The notes under the pieces are model-generated. The model was given only the letters and a program-made list of their open reading frames with translations. It did no database searches and had not been told where the DNA came from. This document shows, piece by piece, positions 58,248 to 64,000 of a stretch of 64,000 bases of DNA. The DNA is from a virus: IMG/VR virus record IMGVR_UViG_3300017779_000001, one strand, 5' to 3'. Position numbers and translations under genes: made by a program. Numbering within the stretch: position 1 is the stretch's first letter; each line of letters begins with the position of its first letter.

Positions 58248-60593
58248 ATGACAAATTTACTAAGAAACCAAAAAGACTCTCTTGCAAAACTAATGGCATC
58301 AGAGAACATATCAATCCAACACAAGAAGGTACCTACTGCATCATTCGATGTTAAGAACAGGGTACTTACTTGTCCTATATTTAAAGAGGATATATCTGCA
58401 GAGTTGTATGATTTATTCATGGGTCACGAAGTGTCTCATGCATTGCACACTCCATATGAGGGGTTACACTCTACACTTATTGACAATAGAGTTCTTAAAG
58501 ACTATCTCAATGTGATTGAGGATATCAGAATTGAGAAGATGATTAAGAGTAAGTTCCCAGGCTTGAGGAAGTCTTTCTTCAAAGCATACGATGAGTTGAT
58601 GCAGAAAGATTTCTTTGGTATCAGTGGTAAGAATCTAGAAGAACTATCTGCAATTGATAGAATCAATCTCTATTCTAAAGTAGGTATGAGTTCAAACGTT
58701 GTTCTAAATGATATAGAACAAGACTTCTATGACAGGTCTTTCAATGCAAAAACCTTCGAAGAGGTTGTATCAATTGCACAAGAACTATATGACTGGTCTG
58801 CAGAAAACGAGAAGGGTGATGAAGAAGAAATTGTTAATATCACTGATTTAGACGACTTCGATTGGGAAGAAAACGAAGACGGAGACTATGAAAACAATGC
58901 ACCTAGTGGTGGTGGAGATGGTGACGAAGTAGAAGAAGAGAGTGACTCAGAAACCCCCTCTAGAGGGAACGGAGAGACCTCTGAAGAGACTTCAGAAGAT
59001 ACCCTACCCGATATATCAAACAATGATAATGATGGACAGGAACCCCTGTTTGAAGATGCAGATGATGGTAATGAGGGTGGTAAAGCATCCCCGACTGCAA
59101 GGAAGTCTATTACTGAAAGAAATGCACACAATAACGAACAAATATTCCAAGTTGACAAAGAGAACTGGAAAGTCAACGACAGACTCTATACTAACATGGA
59201 TGTCAAGACTGATGAACAACTACAATACTTTTTAAAGAATGCAATCGTCAGTGTAGATGATATGGAAAAAGATATCCAAAAGTCAATTGATGAAAGTCTT
59301 AAAGATTATCAAGACAAATCTAAATCTGATTCATACTGGAATTTTGCATCATCATCTTTCAAGAAGTTAGAAGCAAAGAACAAAAAGATTGTCAATCACA
59401 TGGCAAAAGAATTTGAGATGAAGAAGTCTGCATATCTTTCTAAGAGAGCAATGTCTTCTAAGACTGGAAGAATTGACCTAACAAAACTTTCTAAGTATCA
59501 AATCTCAGAAGACATCTTCAAGAGAATGACTTACTTACCTCAAGGTAAGAATCACGGTCTCGTTGTCTTCATTGACCACAGTGGTTCAATTGCAGATACA
59601 CTATGTGACTTACTAGAACAGGCATTCATTCTAATGATGTTCTGTAAAAAAGTTAACATCCCATTCAAGATTCTATCATTCTCAGATGTTTACGGTGACG
59701 ACAATAACGAAACTGATGAAGAGAGAAGTTGGTTTAGAACTGATACTGTTAGACTACTTGAGTGGTTCTCAAGTGACATGTCCAAATCACAATACCTAAA
59801 AGCAGGTAAAGTATTCGGTGCAATTTACAATGCAAAGAAAGCTGACTCTGCATACGGTTGGTTAAACGAAAAGAAATACAATGAAATCATTGATTGGTTT
59901 GATATTGACCATGAAGGGTTTGAGTACTATGACCCATACAGCAGTGACCTAGGTCTAAAAGAATTAGACTGGTGGACTCCAAGAAAACTTGGACTAGGTG
60001 GAACACCTCTAGATGCAAGTATTGTTTGGGCAAGATACACATTACCCAAGTTACAAAAAGCATGGGGTGTTGACCTCATGAATGCAACGTTCATTACGGA
60101 TGGTTATTCACATGTCTACGATGGATTCAAGTTCGAAGGTGGTTATGGTAGAGACAAATATATCACTGATACAGTTTCAAGAAGAACCTACAAGTATGAT
60201 ATCAGTAATGAAAGTAACTTCTTAAGAACATGTAATCTAATTGACTGGATGAAATCAGAGACAGGTACAAAAGTAAATGGGTACTTCATTCTAGGTAAGA
60301 AGCAAGAATTCAACAACCTAAAAAGTTGTATCAATGATGGTTACTATTCTTACACACAGTGTGACGAAGAGTGGAAAGATATCAAAAAAACAGGTTCGGT
60401 TTTACCATGTCACGGATATGGTAAACTGTTCGTTGCACAATCAAAAGTTTTAGAAGTCACTGGGGATGATGAACTCTCAGATGAAATGGTAGGTGAGTCA
60501 AGAGCAAAATTGACCACTGCATTCAAAAGAAATCAGATGAACAAGTCGACTTCTAGATACTTAATGAATCAATTTATACAGGAGATAGCATGA
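58248..60593 (+). CDS. CobT-like protein: HExxH peptidase-like domain, acidic linker, VWA domain
   Basis: LAKLMASENI, GHEVSHALHTP, NVIEDIRIE, acidic linker, DHSGS MIDAS, GGTPL, ITDG; partner AAA ATPase downstream. Confidence 0.8.
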   Translation: MTNLLRNQKDSLAKLMASENISIQHKKVPTASFDVKNRVLTCPIFKEDISAELYDLFMGHEVSHALHTPYEGLHSTLIDNRVLKDYLNVIEDIRIEKMIKSKFPGLRKSFFKAYDELMQKDFFGISGKNLEELSAIDRINLYSKVGMSSNVVLNDIEQDFYDRSFNAKTFEEVVSIAQELYDWSAENEKGDEEEIVNITDLDDFDWEENEDGDYENNAPSGGGDGDEVEEESDSETPSRGNGETSEETSEDTLPDISNNDNDGQEPLFEDADDGNEGGKASPTARKSITERNAHNNEQIFQVDKENWKVNDRLYTNMDVKTDEQLQYFLKNAIVSVDDMEKDIQKSIDESLKDYQDKSKSDSYWNFASSSFKKLEAKNKKIVNHMAKEFEMKKSAYLSKRAMSSKTGRIDLTKLSKYQISEDIFKRMTYLPQGKNHGLVVFIDHSGSIADTLCDLLEQAFILMMFCKKVNIPFKILSFSDVYGDDNNETDEERSWFRTDTVRLLEWFSSDMSKSQYLKAGKVFGAIYNAKKADSAYGWLNEKKYNEIIDWFDIDHEGFEYYDPYSSDLGLKELDWWTPRKLGLGGTPLDASIVWARYTLPKLQKAWGVDLMNATFITDGYSHVYDGFKFEGGYGRDKYITDTVSRRTYKYDISNESNFLRTCNLIDWMKSETGTKVNGYFILGKKQEFNNLKSCINDGYYSYTQCDEEWKDIKKTGSVLPCHGYGKLFVAQSKVLEVTGDDELSDEMVGESRAKLTTAFKRNQMNKSTSRYLMNQFIQEIA

Positions 60594-60820
60594 GAATTAA
60601 CACAATAGATTTAACACCAGTGTATTACACTTCAACACCCACAATGAGTTTTGCAGATGCAATTCAAAACGTGGGCCCATCTCCCTGTGAGAAGTTCAAG
60701 TGTGACAAAGTAAGTACATGTGCAACCAAAGCTGAAGAGTGTTTTGCATTTAGGATTTGGGTGAACACTGGAAAGTTTAAAGAAGATAAATTACAAAGAA
60801 TAATGAAACCTGTGAAATAG
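60590..60820 (+). CDS. small Cys-rich hypothetical protein
   Basis: PCEKFKCDKVSTC....EECFAF; ATGA overlap with upstream gene. Confidence 0.6.
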   Translation: MRINTIDLTPVYYTSTPTMSFADAIQNVGPSPCEKFKCDKVSTCATKAEECFAFRIWVNTGKFKEDKLQRIMKPVK

Positions 60821-60822
60821 GG

Positions 60823-60852
60823 TTGACAATGGGTCACACTTTTTTGTATACT
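60823..60852 (+). promoter_or_regulatory. phage early promoter, copy 4
   Basis: TTGACA-ATGGGTCACACTTTTTTG-TATACT. Confidence 0.88.
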
Positions 60853-60887
60853 AATAACTGATGAGAAAAACCAAAGGAGACTATATT

Positions 60888-62123
60888 ATGGATAAAAGAA
60901 GTTACGATAGAAATGAGTCGATTGACATCAATGGGAAGATGTTTCATTTCACCCCCGACAGGAAGGAGTTCTTAGCAACCCTTACTGGCACATACCCCAA
61001 CAAGACCTCGTTTACTGCAGAGGACTTGAAGAACCTTGGACATGTACCTTACTGGGTAAAGTCTGCAAGGTACAACTTTAGAGACAATGGTGTCTTTAAT
61101 TTACAGGCAGTAGTTGGTGGTTACACAGGAAGTTCTATTCCAGTGTCCACAGTCAAAATGACTAAACCTAGTCAGACTAACGTAGGATTTAATTCACCAG
61201 TTGCAGTTGCAACTGAAGCATCTTCAATGAATATCATTGAGGATAGTGTAAAAGTTATCCCCGAGAAGATGAGCAACTATGTTCCTTTTGGACATTTCAA
61301 AGATGTCAAAAGTATTATCAAGTCTAAAATCTTCTTCCCTGTCTTTGTCACTGGTCTAAGTGGTAACGGGAAGACACTGATGGTCGAACAAGTTTGTGCT
61401 CAACTCAAGAGAGAGTGTTACAGAGTCAACGTCACCATCGAGACTGATGAAGATGATTTGATGGGTGGACACACTCTCAAAGGTGGGGACTTAATGTTCA
61501 GAGAAGGCCCTGTCCTCAAAGCAATGAGAAAAGGTGCAGTCCTTCTTCTAGACGAAGTTGATTTGGGTTCTAACAAGTTGATGTGTCTACAGTCAGTTCT
61601 TGAAGGTAAAGGATACCTTATCAAGAAGACTGGTGAGTACGTGACACCTAAAGAAGGGTTCACTATCATCGGTACTGCAAACACTAAAGGTCAAGGGTCA
61701 GACGATGGTAAATTCATCGGGACTCAGTTGATGAACGAAGCAATGTTGGAAAGGTTTGCAATTACTATGCAACAGGAATACCCACCATTAGTTACTGAGA
61801 GAAAAATCGTTGAGAAAGAAATGGCTCTCAATGGTCATGAGGTTGACAAGGAGTTCGTTGAGAATCTTGTTGACTGGGCATCAGTTATCAGAAAGACTTT
61901 CTATGAAGGTGCAATCGATGATGTCATTACTACAAGAAGGTTGGTTCACATTGTCAATGCATGGAAAATGTTTGGTGACAGAATGAAGTCAATCCAACTA
62001 TGTATTTCAAGGTTCGATGAAGAAACTAGAGATAGTTTCCTTGACCTCTACACTAAGGTTGACGCAGGTGTCAGCATGGGTGATGATGATTACGAAAACC
62101 CTATTGACTCAAATGAAGTTTAA
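60888..62123 (+). CDS. cobS: CobS/MoxR-like AAA+ ATPase
   Basis: GLSGNGKT Walker A, LLLDEVD Walker B, TANTKGQG, EAMLERF; ATG after SD AAGGAG (alternative start 60861). Confidence 0.85.
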   Translation: MDKRSYDRNESIDINGKMFHFTPDRKEFLATLTGTYPNKTSFTAEDLKNLGHVPYWVKSARYNFRDNGVFNLQAVVGGYTGSSIPVSTVKMTKPSQTNVGFNSPVAVATEASSMNIIEDSVKVIPEKMSNYVPFGHFKDVKSIIKSKIFFPVFVTGLSGNGKTLMVEQVCAQLKRECYRVNVTIETDEDDLMGGHTLKGGDLMFREGPVLKAMRKGAVLLLDEVDLGSNKLMCLQSVLEGKGYLIKKTGEYVTPKEGFTIIGTANTKGQGSDDGKFIGTQLMNEAMLERFAITMQQEYPPLVTERKIVEKEMALNGHEVDKEFVENLVDWASVIRKTFYEGAIDDVITTRRLVHIVNAWKMFGDRMKSIQLCISRFDEETRDSFLDLYTKVDAGVSMGDDDYENPIDSNEV

Positions 62124-62132
62124 TAGTACAAT
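62104..62132 (+). promoter_or_regulatory. sigma70-like promoter
   Basis: TTGACT-17 nt-TACAAT overlapping the end of cobS. Confidence 0.55.
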
Positions 62133-62142
62133 GTCAGTACCT

Positions 62143-62445
62143 ATGAAAAATATAGACTACAAGTACAATGAGGGAGAACTCTTAAATGAGTTCTCCAAGT
62201 ACATTGACAAAACTTATGACCAACACTATAGTTTGAACAAGTATCAATCTACTGAGTTTATTATAGACAGTGGTCATGGTGAAGGATTCTGTGTCGGAAA
62301 CATACTCAAGTATGCACAAAGATACGGTAAGAAAAACGGAAAAAACAGAGCAGACATTTTAAAGGTTATGCACTATGCTTTGTTTATGTTGCATGTGCAT
62401 GACCGTGAAATTATAATGGAGAAAGTGAAAAATGAAGTTATCTAA
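62143..62445 (+). CDS. DUF3310-like conserved phage protein
   Basis: YKYNE, TYDQHYS, GFCVGNILKYAQRYGKK, DILKVMHYA; start uncertain. Confidence 0.7.
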   Translation: MKNIDYKYNEGELLNEFSKYIDKTYDQHYSLNKYQSTEFIIDSGHGEGFCVGNILKYAQRYGKKNGKNRADILKVMHYALFMLHVHDREIIMEKVKNEVI

Positions 62446-63097
62446 TCAAACGAAAGATATACTCAAAAACTTTGCAACCATCAACAGTGGTATCAAAGTG
62501 TCAGAAGGTAATGAGATTAAAACAATCTCTGCAATGAAAAATGTTCTTGCAAGAGCATCAATAAGTGAAGAGTTCCCACAAGGGTTTTCTATCTATAACC
62601 TACAAGAATTCTTGGGTGCAACTTCCTTACTGGAAGACCCCGATTTTCAATTTAACGAAACTAATTTGAGTGTGTCAGATACAGACTCATCTATGTCTTA
62701 CTTCTATGCAAGTGAAGGAATGGTTATCACCCCCGAGAAGATGGTGACTATGCCCGAGACTGAAATTAGTCTTAGTATCAATGTAGACTTACTACAGGAT
62801 TTGCAGAAAGCTGCAAGTGTATTGGGTGTAACAGATTTAATCCTAGAATCAGATGGAACTAATCTTACACTTACAGTGAGAGACAAAAAGAATTCAACAT
62901 CGAATGCATTTTCTAGAATCGTTGGACAAGGAAACGGTAAAAGATTTGAGATGTATTTCAAAATTGAGAATCTGAAAATACTACAAGGTAACTATGATGT
63001 TCAAGTATCATCTAAAGGTGTATCACACTTTAAGAACAAAGACATCGACCTTGAATATTTTATTGCATTGGAACCCGATTCAAAATATGACATCTAA
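62432..63097 (+). CDS. gp45: sliding clamp gp45
   Basis: MKLSNQT..ILKNFATINSGI, FSIYNLQEFL, FKIENLKIL.GNYDV, YFIALEPDS. Confidence 0.95.
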   Translation: MKLSNQTKDILKNFATINSGIKVSEGNEIKTISAMKNVLARASISEEFPQGFSIYNLQEFLGATSLLEDPDFQFNETNLSVSDTDSSMSYFYASEGMVITPEKMVTMPETEISLSINVDLLQDLQKAASVLGVTDLILESDGTNLTLTVRDKKNSTSNAFSRIVGQGNGKRFEMYFKIENLKILQGNYDVQVSSKGVSHFKNKDIDLEYFIALEPDSKYDI

Positions 63098-63229
63098 TAT
63101 AAATAGTATTAAGATGAAAATAAGTGTGAGTGTTATGCCAGTCTCTGTAATACCCACGGGAGTCACTATATCTCATCAAACCTCTAGGGTTAGTGGCACA
63201 GTAAATTCGGTGGGGAGTTTACACCTATT

Positions 63230-64000
63230 ATGAATACAGAATTTCTATGGGTAGAAAAGTATAGACCTCAAAATATTGAGGAATGTATTTTACCCGAATC
63301 AATCAAAAAAAGTTTCCAAGAGTTCGTTGGACAGAATCAGATACCTAATCTTTTATTGAGTGGTACAGCAGGAGTCGGTAAGACAACAGTTGCAAAAGCT
63401 TTATGTAATGAACTAGGTGCAGATTTTATCGTAATAAATGGTTCAGATGAGGGAAGACTTATCGAAACCTTACGAGTTAAAATCAAGAACTTTGCATCAA
63501 CAGTGTCTTTATCCAATTCCCCAAAGGTAGTAATACTGGACGAAGCAGACTACATCAATGCAGATTCTGTTCAACCCGCTCTTCGAAATTTTATTGAAGA
63601 ATTTAGTAATAACTGTAGATTCATTTTCACTTGTAATTACAAGAACAGAATCATTGCACCACTACACTCAAGATGTGTAAACATTGATTTCAAAATTACA
63701 AACGATGATAAACCAGTTCTTGCATCACAGTTTATGAAACGTGTGGAGAATATACTAGGTAACGAACAGATTAAGTTTGAAACACCAGTAGTTGCAGAAT
63801 TGATATTCAAGTTCTTCCCCGATTTCCGAAGAGTGTTGAATGAACTACAAAGATACAGTGTGGCAGGTGTAATTGACAGTGGAGTATTGTCTACACTTGC
63901 AGATGAAAAATTAACACCACTAATCTCATGCATCAAAGAAAAACGATGGGGTGACATGAGGAAGTGGGTAGGACAAAATTCAAATCAAGACTTCTCAGTG
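63230..64000 (+). CDS. gp44: clamp loader large subunit gp44 (3'-truncated; absent from ORF track)
   Basis: translated by hand: MNTEFLWVEKYRP, GTAGVGKTT, ILDEAD, QPALRNFIEEFS, PLHSRC, FPDFRR. Confidence 0.95.
   Translation, partial: MNTEFLWVEKYRPQNIEECILPESIKKSFQEFVGQNQIPNLLLSGTAGVGKTTVAKALCNELGADFIVINGSDEGRLIETLRVKIKNFASTVSLSNSPKVVILDEADYINADSVQPALRNFIEEFSNNCRFIFTCNYKNRIIAPLHSRCVNIDFKITNDDKPVLASQFMKRVENILGNEQIKFETPVVAELIFKFFPDFRRVLNELQRYSVAGVIDSGVLSTLADEKLTPLISCIKEKRWGDMRKWVGQNSNQDFSV

Noticed and set aside
58248-62123. Cobalamin biosynthesis role for the CobT/CobS-like pair
   Set aside because: No cobN or other cob genes in the window; a MoxR AAA+/VWA chaperone pair, common in T4-like phages, is the simpler reading
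62017-62142. N-terminal extension of the DUF3310-like ORF
   Set aside because: Overlaps the end of cobS and lies upstream of a promoter at 62104; the recognisable sequence begins near 62143
1-64000. Stop-codon reassignment
   Set aside because: Core genes are intact under the standard code and TAA, TAG and TGA all end genes; neither tRNA is a suppressor

Overview
A 64-kb segment of a large, AT-rich T4-like myovirus genome; nearly all genes are on the + strand. It resembles marine cyanophage/pelagiphage-type T4-like phages, and the sigma70-type promoters suggest a proteobacterial host (inference). Gene order: baseplate wedge gp7 (5'-truncated), gp8, VrlC/DUF4815-like protein; a 16-kb block of fibre-like structural genes; a glycosyltransferase/2OG-Fe(II) oxygenase cluster; the neck, packaging, tail and head module gp13-gp23; gp3, uvsY, uvsW, gp55, gp47, gp46; peptide deformylase; tRNA-Ala and tRNA-Ser; an early region with repeated promoters (CobT/CobS-like pair); gp45 and gp44 (3'-truncated). 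The main finding is two paralogous Gln/Arg/Tyr-rich repeat proteins (14640-16880 and 24074-28222). In each, the N-terminal and C-terminal repeat arms are unit-for-unit mirror complements around a central globular domain (13 and 32 matched pairs), with fixed pairing rules and one His-bearing unit per pair. This reads like a self-pairing antiparallel beta-hairpin fibre with its own complementarity code. Also noted: a roughly 320-nt ORF-less transcription unit convergent on gp23, apparent GATC/GGWCC avoidance, many probably leaderless genes, and a candidate head-packaged nuclease. All family assignments come from motif recognition and T4-like synteny; no database searches were run.
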